Shown here piece by piece: positions 25,550 to 36,810 of a stretch of DNA of 58,465 nt; position 1 is the stretch's first letter, and each line of letters begins with the position of its first letter. The position numbers and the translations under genes are program-made. The notes under the pieces were generated by a model, which saw only the letters and a program-made list of their open reading frames with translations, made no database searches and was not told the origin of the DNA. The stretch comes from Catajapyx aquilonaris. Its lineage: Eukaryota. Location of the stretch: assembly GCA_000934665.2 (NCBI GenBank), contig KZ538565.1, forward strand, positions 62,001 to 120,465, written 5' to 3'.

Positions 25550-26300
25550 GACTTTCTAGTTATTAATATATAACATGCAAAAGTTCGTCCAGGTTTAATT
25601 TCGTGTTTTAAAAATTTTACATGTAGAATTTGCCCGATAATGGCCGACATTATTTATATGGGGGGCTTATCTCCCATAGGCAATTGTGGTTAGCGTCAAT
25701 ATTGATGTGTAATAACGCCCGGATATTTGGGAGTAAATTGTTGTTAATAATTACACAGTAAATGGCGTACCGAGATGTAATCAGGGGACCCAGGGGATCA
25801 TGAAATGTATGCACATTATTGGTCATATCAGTGAGGGACAGTGTGCATAATTATGCATTTAATAGTTGAAATTCAAGATTTTTCTACCAAATTTTTGCAT
25901 AATGTTCAGCTTTTCATTATGACGTCACCAGCTGAATAAACTGGCTGGCCTGTCAACCCATTAAATGACAAACAACAATGACATGGAAACTCATTAGGAA
26001 GCCTGCCCTCCTATGGTGGAAAACAGGTTTTGTCGTTTAAAAAAAACATGCAACTAAAGATTTAATGTATAAAAAATTTAGCCTTGTATCGATAAACCTT
26101 GGCCTACAAAAGAGTAAAAGGCCAGTAGGGAAGGGTCAACTTCGTAGATCCGATTTGCGTGGTTGAGATATGTGGGCTTAGGATCCGCGTCAAAACAATG
26201 GGAGCGTGACGTTGTTGACGTGTTGTGTAATCAAGGCTGGTGCGTAGTACATTATAAGGCTCTGAATTAATATGGGTTCTGTCGATTCGGGCACGGAAAT

Positions 26301-27134
26301 GAAGACTGTGCGATATCCGAAATTGTATATAGACTTTCGATACTTAAAAAATATCGCATAGAAGTCGATATTTCGAAAATTGAAAAACCGACATCGACCT
26401 GACATCGAAAAATATCGATATTAGATACATCGCACAAGCCAAGCGTCGGATATCGCCACTTCGATATTGGGAAAATATCGAATCGACAGTCGATATCTTG
26501 AAAATCGAAAAACCGGCATCGAACCGACATCTAAAAATATCGATATTAGATACATCGCACAAGCCAAGCGTCGGATATCGCCACTTCGATATTGGGAAAA
26601 TATCGAATCGACAGTCGATATCTCGAAAATAATCGAAAAACCGGCATCGAACCGACATCTAAAAATATCGATATTAGATATACAACACATGCCAAGCGTC
26701 GGATATCGCAACTTAGATATTAGGAAAATATCATATCGACAGTCGATGTATCGAAAATCAAAACCGACATCGAACCGACATCGAAAAATATCGATATTAG
26801 ATACATAGCACAAGCGAAGCGTCGGATATCGCAACCTCGATATTGGGAAAATATATCGAGTCTATATCTCGATAATTGAAAAACCGACATCGAAAAATAT
26901 CGCTATTAGATACACAGCACATGCCAAGCGTCGGATATCGCAACTTGGAGATTAGGAAAGTATCGTATCGATAGTCGATATATCGAAAACAAAAAAACTA
27001 CATCGAAAAATATCGAAAACCGACATCGAAAAATCGCGATATTAGATACATCGCACATGCGTCGGATATCGCAACTTCGATATTATGAAAATATCGTATC
27101 GACAGTCGATGTATCGAAATATCGCACAGCCCTA
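26301..27134. mobile_element. hAT-type MITE with an internally expanded ~125-bp tandem unit (about 6 copies)
   Basis: Ends (GAAGA)CTGTGCGATAT...ATATCGCACAGCCCTA. Flanks ACGGAAAT (26293-26300) and ACTGAAAT (27135-27142) form a 7/8 TSD. Same family as 30022-30242. Confidence 0.85.
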
Positions 27135-27149
27135 ACTGAAATATTCTAA

Positions 27150-29215
27150 GTATACTGAGAGCCTAATTTTACTCAAAACTACTGTACTCTTACACTTGAA
27201 TAATATATTGAGCTAAAATGACTCAATTTGATCAAAATTTCACTTGGGTACACGTTTGAATATATATTCAGCTAAAATAACTCCGTTTGAGCTAAATTTA
27301 ACTCAATAACACTTGGAAGGTTCCTAGACTATGCAATAGTGTTGAGTGAAAATTTCAACCAAATTTAGCTCAAAACTACACGTGTACTCTCATACTCGAA
27401 AATATGTTAAGCTAAAATGACACAGTTTGACTCAAATTTTGCTCAAAACACTGGAAGTTTCATACACTATGAAATATTGGGTGGGATTTTCGTCGTACTA
27501 CTAGTTACTGCTTAGCAGCACCATTGCACTACACTGGTACTGCTACGTTACAAGTAACTAGTACAACAAAAATTCCACCCATTGTTGAGTTAAAATTTAA
27601 ACCAAATTTAACTCAAAACGACGCCTGCGATCTTGTACTCGGAAATATGTTGCGCTAAAATGACTACATTTGAGCCAAGGTTTGCTCAAAACACTTGCAG
27701 TTGTATACACGGAAATATTTTTGAGTTAACACGACCAAATTTGAGCAGAATGTAGCTCAAACTCATGCACTCTAAAATATTGTGTAACAAACGGATAAAT
27801 TCGGACGAAATATATTTTACACAAAACTATTCTGAAACCGGAACTGTGTGAAGGTAGTTTTGAGTTATCTTTGGTCCGTTTTAGTCATTATTTTAGAGTG
27901 CTTGAACATTAGAGCTGAGGTATTTTTTAGCCGAATTTTGTTCAGCTTTGGTAGTTTTTAACTCAAAAATTCTTGATTCTTCACGAGAAAGTTAATGTAA
28001 AGTGAAATAGTGAAAGTATATTAGTTTTGAGTTATCATCTCAAATTGTGTGATTTTAGCTCAAAATCTGTGCAGATCTCTTCGCTGAAGACAGTTTTGAG
28101 CTAAATTTTTGGTCAGATTTGATGGTTTTAACTCAATAGTATTTCATAGCTGGTCCGGATCATGATTGGAAAGCACGCAGATATTTTTGAGTTAAATTAG
28201 CTCAAATTTAGCCCCTTTTTACTCGAAATAATTGAGAGTATTGTACGTGACCCTTAATTAGAAAGTACAGAGGTATTTTTGAGCTAAATTTTGCTCAGAT
28301 TTAGTGAATTTAAACTCAAAGATTTTCATAGTGTAGAAGAACATTAAATAGAACTGGTAGTTTTAAGTTTCCTTATTTCAAATTGAGCTCCCTTTTATAC
28401 TTAAAATATTTTAGAATGCATGAACTTTAGAGCAAAGGTAGTTTTGAGCTCAATATTGCTCAGATTTAGCAGTCTTGAACTCAAATTTTTCAAACAATTC
28501 ATTATAATTTGCTGAAGTAGTTTTGAGCTAATGGTCGCTCAGATTGAGTGATTTTTTTAAATAACAACAAAATCCAGAGCGTTTGAGCCTGAATGAGAAA
28601 GTAAAATGTAGCGGTAATTTTGAGCTAATTTGTGCTCTAATTGACATTTTTTAACCTCAATAATATTCCAGAGTGTATATGAACCTTAAAACAAAGGCGG
28701 TTTTGAGTTAGAATTTGCTCAAATTGAGTGATTTTTAACCGATTCTCCCCCCCCCCCCCCCCCCCCNNNNNNNNNNNNNNNNNNNNNNNNNNNNNNNNNN
28801 NNNNNNNNNNNNNNNNNNNNNNNNNNNNNNNNNNNNNNNNNNNNNNNNCGACCCCCCCCCCCCCCCCCGAGAGTTTGAGCCTTAATAATGTAGTTTTGAG
28901 CTAATTTGATCTCTAATTGAGTGGTAAAAAAAAAAACTAAACAATATTCAAGATTGTATATGAACCGTAGATCTTCGAGCTAAATTTCGCTCCTATTTTG
29001 TAGCTCAATTTTCCAGCGTGTGCGAACCATCTTGAGTACCGTATTTTTGAGTATCTCAAATTGAGTATGTTTGAGTTTTTATCTCAAATTGAGTATTTTT
29101 AAGTAGTATCTCATTGAGTATTTTTGAGTTTTAGCTCAAATTGAGTATTTTTGAGTATCTAAAATTGAGTATTTTTGAGCTTTTCTCTCACTTTGAGCAT
29201 TTTTAACTCACTGAG
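27150..29215. repeat. Foldback-like array: AACTCAAAA/GAGCTAAA units, switching to the inverted TTTTGAGTT/TTTGAGCT orientation near 27800
   Basis: Visible strand switch of the motif; includes the N gap at 28767-28848. Confidence 0.7.
27479..27580. mobile_element. 102-bp MITE (GGG...CCC ends, 3-bp TSD; PIF/Harbinger-like) nested in the array
   Basis: Imperfect TIR GGGTGGGATTTTCGTCGTACTA / TAGTACAACAAAAATTCCACCC, with ATT on both flanks (27476-27478 and 27581-27583). Confidence 0.75.
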
Positions 29216-30021
29216 CGTACGAGCCTTAATTAAGCGAACAAAAGTAGTGACAAACTTTTCATTACCGTGCGTGCCTGTCACTAGTTTTAACAGTTGAGAG
29301 AACAGGTTTTCACCCCCCAATTGGCCCTATTTTCCGTCACGTGACCAGGCCATTGTTACCTCTCATTACTATAGCAGAGGCGGAAACTACCTCCCTCTAA
29401 TAGCCCTTTCACTTCATGCCCGTCACGATTAGAGATCCCCCTCCCCCTCCCCAAGTAAAGCACAAAGTGCCAACATTCCCAACCCACATGCCAACAATAG
29501 CCTGGAAACGGTCCAATCAGGAGCATGCCTTAATTATCAAGTTTTTTTTTTCTTCTTCACTAGATTGCTCCCCTTTTGTTGCCGCACCCGCCGGACACGG
29601 TATGCAAATAAGAATGAGGCTAAAAAAATGTATTAAAAAGTGGAACAAGAACTCCTGGCAGATGGCGACACCGCAACAAAGGCCCATTGTGCATGAGCAA
29701 ATCACTGTAATTTGGACGCCATTTTGTGGAAAAAAAGAACGTGTGCGTGATGGGTAAACAGGAAGTGGAAAGTGTGAAAAATTTGATGGAAAAATTTGGG
29801 ACGTCCTACTTAGCTTACATTGTTGTCATAAACATGTTTTATTGCATTGTTTGTATTTTGAAGAATTTAGCGATTAGTTAGACGCACTTTGGGCACTCCT
29901 ATCCCAGCCTTATGAAGGCCCCCGTGAGTAGGAGGTAGTCCCCGAGCAACGGGGGAAACAACTTCGTCGGCCTAGAACCGGCCTGGGCCCTGGGTACACT
30001 TTTTTGGGGAGTTGCTACCCC

Positions 30022-30242
30022 TAGGGCTGTGCGATATTTCGATACATCGACTGTCGATGCCATATTTTCTTAATATCGAAGTTTCGATATCCGACGCTTG
30101 GCATGTGCGATGTATCGAATATCGCGATGTTGGTTCGCGATATTTTTCGATGTCGGTTTTTCGATTTTCGATATATCGACTTCGATTCGATATTTTTAAA
30201 TATCGAAAGTCGATATGCCATTTCGGATATCGCACAGCCCTA
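30022..30242. mobile_element. 221-bp hAT-type MITE (single-unit form of the 26301 family, opposite orientation)
   Basis: Perfect TIR TAGGGCTGTGCGATAT...ATATCGCACAGCCCTA. Flanks GCTACCCC / CTTACCCC form a 6/8 TSD. It is inserted into the end of a CAAGGGG-family mini-MITE (about 29947-30021). Confidence 0.88.
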
Positions 30243-30316
30243 CTTACCCCCTTTCCCCCAAGTGTGTAGCGATCCTCACGATTCTACCTTTAGTAGAATC
30301 CACGGTTTTTAGAAGG

Positions 30317-30608
30317 GTGATTCGAGTAGACTTTTTCTCATTGGGCAGCGTAATGAGTCCGCCACATACGATAATTGGACAGAAATTACATTTCCCGTTG
30401 CATAGGAACTCAAACCTGCCTGTAACTTGACCTTGGCGGATAGAGTGAACCCGGAAAAGCGGAAGTTGCCGGTTACCGGAAGGTGACCATTAATACTATT
30501 TTGGTCACGCTGAATCCGAATCTGAAAACAGTTTGTCGCCATCTCTTGCGGTTTAGGCCCTGATACATGTCCACAGACGGACGGACAGCTGTTCTATATG
30601 ACTTTTTT
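30317..30608. mobile_element. Dispersed repeat copy A (DINE-1/Helentron-like non-autonomous element)
   Basis: Reverse-complement homology to 36072-36370 in three blocks. It carries a CAGACGGACGGACA microsatellite next to a T-rich end, as DINE-1-like elements do; the family assignment is inference. Confidence 0.7.
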
Positions 30609-31099
30609 TCGATTAGAAAAACATCGATACAGGCTGAATCGAATTTTCGCCGAAATGTCTCTTGGTCCCATCCTTTTTTTGGATCGGATCCAAAATGGCG
30701 GATCAGTGCACGCTTGAATATTTACAATCCTTCTCTTTTTTGTTTCTCTTAAGAAACAAGAGGGAGGTTTAAAACAATTCTGAGCAAATGTTGGCAAGGT
30801 TCTTTTCTCTGGAACCAGTCCCGAAAGGAAGGAAGGCGATGAAACTGGGTGCGCAGGGTTTTGGCCCCGACGGTTGACTGCTTTGCATAATTTATGACCT
30901 GAGCCCGCCCACTTACAGTATGTTAATGGCTTTTGTATGCTGATTGGTGCTGATACCAGCTGCCGACAATTTTTTTTCTAAGCCGTACCCCCAGCCGCTC
31001 TTTAAATACAGTACAAGGCCCTTTGGCTAAATGCCGATTGGATGAGAGGAAGTACAGGCATGATGAAATTGTATGTTTTGCCGCGCCTGTACATTTACA

Positions 31100-31770
31100 T
31101 ATTGTCACGCACCGTCACGACATTGCCAATCTGTCACGCACCGTCACTCACGTCAGCACCTATCATGCACCGTAACATCGAGCCAACCCATGTCACGTAC
31201 AGTCACACTACAACCACTGTCACGGTCCGTCACATCGACCCATGTCACGCCCCGTGACATGGCCAAACTCATGTCACGTACCGTCAACACTATAACCATT
31301 GTTACGGTCCGTTACACTCGAACCAGCCCATGTCACAGAGCGTCACGCGGATACCGACCCGTGTCACGCGCCGTCACACATGCCAGCACATGTCACGCGC
31401 CGTCACACGGCCCAACCCATGTCACGTACCGTCACGCACTATATAAACCATTGTCACGGTCCGTTACAGTCGAACCAGAACCTGTCACGGACCACCACGT
31501 GGATACCGGCTCATGACGCGTACCGTCACGAACTATAACCAATGTCACGGTCCGTTACACTGAAACCAGCCCTTGTCACGGACCGTCACGAACTATAACC
31601 AATGTCACGGTCCGTTACACTGAAACCAGCCCTTGTCACGGACCGTCACGCGGATACCGGCACATGTCACGCGCCGTAACATGACCCAACCCATATGTCG
31701 CGGACCGGCACTTACCGTACCGGTTGTCACGGTCACATGTCACGCGCCGTCACATGCCCCCTCCGTTACG
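31100..31770. repeat. CpG-rich array of TGTCACG...CCGTCAC units
   Basis: More than 30 GTCAC words; exact 60-bp tandem duplication at about 31522-31641. Confidence 0.88.
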
Positions 31771-32150
31771 GATTTCCGTTGCAAGTTTCCGATCAGTAGC
31801 GAGCATGACCGTTCAACAATTCGTAGTAATCGGTAAGACACGCTGGATGTAATTACCCCGGCAGAGTCTGAAGGAGAGTTATGTAACGAGTGTTTACAGC
31901 GTCCGAACGACTTGACCTCTTCACCTCCGGAGTGGGTGTAAACAAGTCCAGGCAGGTCATGAAGCGGTGCGACGTGGGTGGGCGGCACATTTTGTTGCGG
32001 AAAACTGGTTTGATAGGGTGACGTCTTTATTTATTTGATGCGTCCAATTAGAAGGAGGAGCGTGTCACGTCTTAAGATTTGCCGCTGAGGTTTAATCGGG
32101 ACAGTTTGTTATGACTGTGACTTGACTTTTTTTTCGTTTGTTTTTTTCAG

Positions 32151-32364
32151 TCTGAGACGACGTCGGGTACGTCGTCCACGTCGGCGCCCGGAGCGTCGAC
32201 GCAAACCTCAGGATCAACGCCAGTGTCCAGGGGGCCCAGGAGCACCCAGGACGCCAGCGTGGGTACCAGTGTGGGTACTATCACCGAACCAGAGTGCCTC
32301 GGACCCTGTGAGCCAGGCACCAGTGTCACCTTAGAAGGGATCGTCTGGCACGAAACCGAAGGAG
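32151..32364 (+). CDS. sbb: sbb coding exon 2
   Basis: Acceptor TTTTTTTCAG; translates SETTSG...[35 protein letters not shown], a conserved ZNF608/609/brakeless domain. Donor G|GTGAGT. 214 nt, phase 0 to 1. This frame is absent from the ORF track. Confidence 0.95.
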
Positions 32365-32384
32365 GTGAGTTGATCCCAAGATCA

Positions 32385-33030
32385 TTTGACTGATTCAGAC
32401 CATTTTTGATGCTCTTTCTGATTCAGACCATTTTTGATCCACATAACTGATCCGGATCATTTTTGATAATCTCACTGATCGGGGAAATTTTTAAATCCTT
32501 CTGTTGATCCAGATCATGTTTGATTCTCCTTGAACTGGATAATTTTTTAATCATTACGCTGATCCGGACCATTTTTTATCCCCTGCATGATCCTGATCAT
32601 TTTAAAATCCTTCCGCTGATCCTGATAAGTAACTGGATAAAGAATGGTCCAGATCAGTGACAAGATCAAAAAGTTATCCGGATCAGTGAGAGGATCAAAA
32701 TTGAACAAGATCAGAGGAATGATCAAAAATGATCCGGTTTGAGAGAATTAAAAAATGATCAGGATCAGCAACGGAATCAAAAATGCTCACCTATCCTGAT
32801 CATTTTTGATCCTCTCACTGATCCGGATAGGATAAAGAATAATGGTCCAGATCAGTGACAAGATCAAAAAGTTATCCGGATCAGTGAGAGGATAAAAAAT
32901 GATCAGGATAGGTGAGCATTTTTGATTATGTTGCTGATCCTGATCATTTTTTAATTCTCTCAAACCGGATCATTTTTGATCATTCCTCTGATCCTGATCA
33001 ATTTTGATCCTCTTGCTGTTCCTGATGCTC
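32385..33030. repeat. GATC-rich array containing a 141-bp near-perfect inverted repeat
   Basis: GATCATTTTTGATC units; arms 32689-32829 and 32873-33013 are reverse complements. Confidence 0.88.
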
Positions 33031-33454
33031 ACAGATCCGAGATCTTTGCGGTGATTTGTGACGCCGCCTCTTCCGCATTCGCGAGCTGTCATACCGCCTT
33101 GATCACCTCTCGATACTATCACCAATTTTTTTTCAAAAGCAAGACATGACTATTGATCACTATATCGATCAAAGCCTAGCGGATATAATTAAGTGGCTAT
33201 TGGACTGATCCGGATCTGATCGAGCATGAAAATCGCAACTGGGTGTTGCCATCCATGTTTGATGAGGCCCTCCTTCAGGGGGCTCTGTACTTAAAGTATG
33301 GGGTGACCGGTGACGTGAAAGGCTGAACTATCACGCAATCTGACGATAAAAATTTGATGGGAAAAGAACAGTTGTTAAGGGTTGTTAGGGAATCAGTTAT
33401 TAATGATCTGCATCGAACCAGTAGTTTTTTGTTAGTGTACAGTGTGTAGGCTGT

Positions 33455-33988
33455 AGGGAGTGATAGTTTTACTGTGGGTGCCACTGGGGTGCCACCGAGG
33501 GGTTATTCACTTACATTTATTTTTGCGTACACGGACTACCCGCGGACTACCCGGACCCCCCCCCCCCCCGACCGCCCCCGCACTACCCACGAAGGTGTAC
33601 ACGGACTACCCTTCTGACTACCCTATACGGACCACCCTATACGGACCACCCTATACGGACCACCTCCCGGACCACCTCCCGGACCACCTCCCGGGCCACC
33701 TCCCGGGCCACCTCCCGGGCCACCTGGACTACCCACGAAGGTGTAAACGGACTACCCTTCTGACTACCCTATACGGACCACCCTTCTGACTACCCTATAC
33801 GGACCACCTCCCGGACTACGCTCGGGCCACCTCCCGGACTACGCTCGGGCCACCTCCCGGACTACGCTCGGGCCACCTCCCGGACTACCCTCGGGCCACC
33901 TCCCGGACTACCCTCCTGGACTACCCACGAAGGTGTACACGGACTACCCTTCGTGAATAATCCCTCGGGTGCCACACAGTAACTCCCT
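33455..33988. mobile_element. MITE-like element with internal 12-bp repeats (GGACCACC/GGACTACC)
   Basis: Imperfect inverted ends AGGGAG...TTACTGTG...CCGAGGGGTTATTCAC / GTGAATAATCCCTCGG...CACAGTAACTCCCT. Confidence 0.65.
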
Positions 33989-34319
33989 TTATATTGTGAA
34001 GGAGGCACTGTTTACGTGCACTATAATAACAGTGATGTTATAACTAATTCTGATGCTGAGAATCGACTGGTGGATTTTTTAGACAAGACAATGCATCGCG
34101 TGCATCGTTTTACCGAGGATGTACGGTCGATGTGTCTTGCAAAAAAAACCCTGCAAAAAGGTATGCGCCGCCATGCGTGCAAAAAAGGGGTTTCGTGTTG
34201 CGAAAATAATGGCGGCCACTAGACAGGATCTGGCATGAACTAGCGAAAATTTTCGGACAAAAACTTGACGAAAACTATGAGAAAAGTAGTTTTAAAACAG
34301 CTGGTATAACTTGCTAGGT

Positions 34320-35330
34320 TTAACGTATATGTTTACGTTCAAGTTAAGGTTTTCGATTTCGTTTACTTACACGTCCTCGTTTTAGTCCACGTATACGTTC
34401 ACGTTTTCGGTCATGTTGACGTTTACATTCACGTTTAAGTTTTCGTTTACGTTTATATTCACGTTTATGTTTTCGTTTACGTTTATATTCACTTTCATGT
34501 TGATGTATACGGTATCCTTTATGTTGACGTGTACGTTCACGATAATGTAACTTTCGTGTATGCTTACGTAAACATAACCGAAAACACAATTGTAAACTTG
34601 TATTTTCGTATAAGCTTTTTGTTTGAGTTGACGTTCGCGTCGACGTTTATGTTTTCGTTTACTTCCACGTTTACTTTTACATTCACGTAAGTTTTTTGTT
34701 GTTGTTTACATTCCAAACGAAAACATAAATGTGGACGCGAATGTAAACTCAAACGAAAAACTTGTCCGAAAATGAGTACATAACATGAACGCGAATTTTA
34801 CGTTCACGTTTGCGTCCAGACGTTCACGCTAATGTTTTAGTTTACGTTGACGTATACGTGAATACTGACGTGTACGTTCAAATTTGTTTTCATGTTCGTT
34901 TATATTCACGTCCATGTGTTGTTTACGTTTTCGTATTAGATTTTTGTTTTGAGTTGACTTTCACGTTTGCGTTTATATTTTTCGTCCACTTTTACTTTTA
35001 CATTCACGTTTATGTTTGCGTCCACGTTTTTGTTTACGATAACGTGTACGTTGACGTTTGCGTTCACATACATTGAACGTGAACGTACACGTCAGCATGA
35101 ACGCAAACGTGGACGTAAATTTACTTTTTCGTTCTATACGTTCACGTTTATGTTTTCGCATTCTTCCACGTTTGCGTTCACATAAATTGAACGTGAACGT
35201 ACACGTCAGCATGAACGCAAACGTGGACGTAAATTTACTTTTTCGTCCATGTAGACGTATACGTTCACGTTTATGTATTCACATTCTTCCACGTTTTCGT
35301 TTGTTTTCGTACATCCACGTTTACGATAAT
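34320..35330. repeat. 6-bp-periodic array (ACGTTT/ACGTTC) with an internal duplication
   Basis: Visible periodicity; it generates the spurious VYV/KRKR ORFs. Duplicated blocks start at about 35054 and 35170. Confidence 0.85.
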
Positions 35331-35836
35331 CCGAAGGTGGTGCCGCCAGATGAAGCCAAACGAACTACGGCCACCACGACTCTTTTCAACAAGCCAATTC
35401 TACTTACAACAATGGTACGTTGTGCTCGCCCCGGGGCGGGTTTGTTGCCCCTTTCTCTTTGGAAAAAAAGGGGCGGCGTCCGAAGAACGTGTCCGAATGG
35501 ATCTGTTACGTGGAACGAGGCGTGGGTTGGAATTAAGCCTTGCGGGCCGTTACTCTCCTTCTCCCGGTTTGGCTGTTTTTTTTGTGTGTTGTCGTATCGT
35601 GCTACGAAACGTGAATTCCGCCCGCCATTTCTTGAGCAGTTATGATCTTGTACGAGGGAGATAAGACGGGAAAACTTTTCAACGCGGTTTTGCTCGGATG
35701 TTTGAACGATTGCCAAGACTTGATTGTTGGCAAAGCGGAAGTGTGGGCGGAAGTCAACCAATTTGCTGAGATTGCACTTGTTGAATTGGGTTCACATGGT
35801 GGTCGTTGCTGATGTTGGTTTTTATTGTCCTTTCAG

Positions 35837-35924
35837 GTGTGCTGGTGGTTAATGTGACCTGGCGTGGGAAGACCTACGTGGGGACCTTGTTGGACTGCAC
35901 CAAACATGACTGGGCGCCTCCAAG
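35837..35924 (+). CDS. sbb: sbb coding exon 3
   Basis: Acceptor CTTTCAG; translates [30 protein letters not shown], a highly conserved family motif. Donor AG|GTGCGT. 88 nt, phase 1 to 2. Confidence 0.96.
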
Positions 35925-36071
35925 GTGCGTTAGTACCTTAAGTACACCGCAGATGTTGTTAGTGTTAAGTAGGCAAGATGGCTTCCAAAATGGGACCAGT
36001 GAATTGATGGACTATAAAAATAATTTTGGCAGAAATGATTTAAAAAAAACTGTTTTAGACTTGTTCTGTAC

Positions 36072-36370
36072 AAAAAAGTCATAGTGCCCGTCTGTCTGTG
36101 GACATGTATCAGCCCCCAAACCGCAATAGAGCGACAAACGGTTTTTGGATTCGGATGACCCTAAATAAGTTTCATGACCAACTTCCGGTGACCGGCCACT
36201 TCCGGTTTTTCGGGTTCACTCTATCCGTCAAGATCAAACAGTATGATTTCAAAAATTAAAGTTTTCTCAATGGGGAATGACACTGACAACAATCAATGTC
36301 GTCCTATTGGAATCGATTATCGTCAGCCTCATTTCCATCTGCCCAATGAGAAAAAGTATACTCGAATCAC
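36072..36370. mobile_element. Dispersed repeat copy B, inverted relative to copy A
   Basis: GCCCAATGAGAAAAAGTATACTCGAATCAC matches copy A GTGATTCGAGTAGACTTTTTCTCATTGGGC in reverse complement; TCTGTGGACATGTATCAG matches CTGATACATGTCCACAGA. Confidence 0.7.
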
Positions 36371-36388
36371 ACGTTAAACAGAACACGG

Positions 36389-36810
36389 CAGGTTATGGGC
36401 AGGTCGCCAGAGAGCCTCGAGTCAGAGAGTTGCCAACTGCTGACTTCAAGTCGTCTCTGATTGGCTGGAGTAATTTTGGACTGTTTACGTGACCAATGGA
36501 GGCCGCCATCTTGCGTGGCTATAGATGGCCGGCTCTTACGTCACGGTCGGATTCAGCCTTCTCCAGCCAATCGGAATCGACCGTGACATCAGAGCCGGCC
36601 ACTATTTTCATAGGAAAGCAAGATGGCTGCTTCCAAAGGGCATGTAAACAGTCCAAAATTACCAACGGGGTAACCACTCCCCCAAAAAATGTACACCGGT
36701 TTCTGTAACCCTGACCACCAGTTCCTACCTCCTGAAAATTACTCGAGCCAATCAGAGATGGCCTGAAGTTGACTCGAGCCTCTCTAGGTGTCGCGGGCGA
36801 TCCCATACTG
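36389..36810. mobile_element. Almost fully palindromic MITE with a nested 72-bp insertion (36663-36734)
   Basis: Paired blocks TCTCTGATTGGCT/AGCCAATCAGAGA, GTAATTTTGGACTGTTTAC/GTAAACAGTCCAAAATTAC, GCCATCTTGC/GCAAGATGGC, GGCCGGCTCT/AGAGCCGGCC. The insertion is flanked by a perfect 8-bp TSD AAAATTAC (36655-36662, 36735-36742). Confidence 0.8.

Noticed and set aside
11338..35212. ORFs within repeat arrays (for example 11338-12669, 26190-26834, 31073-31836, 34344-35212)
   Set aside because: They are translations of periodic DNA with no domain signal.
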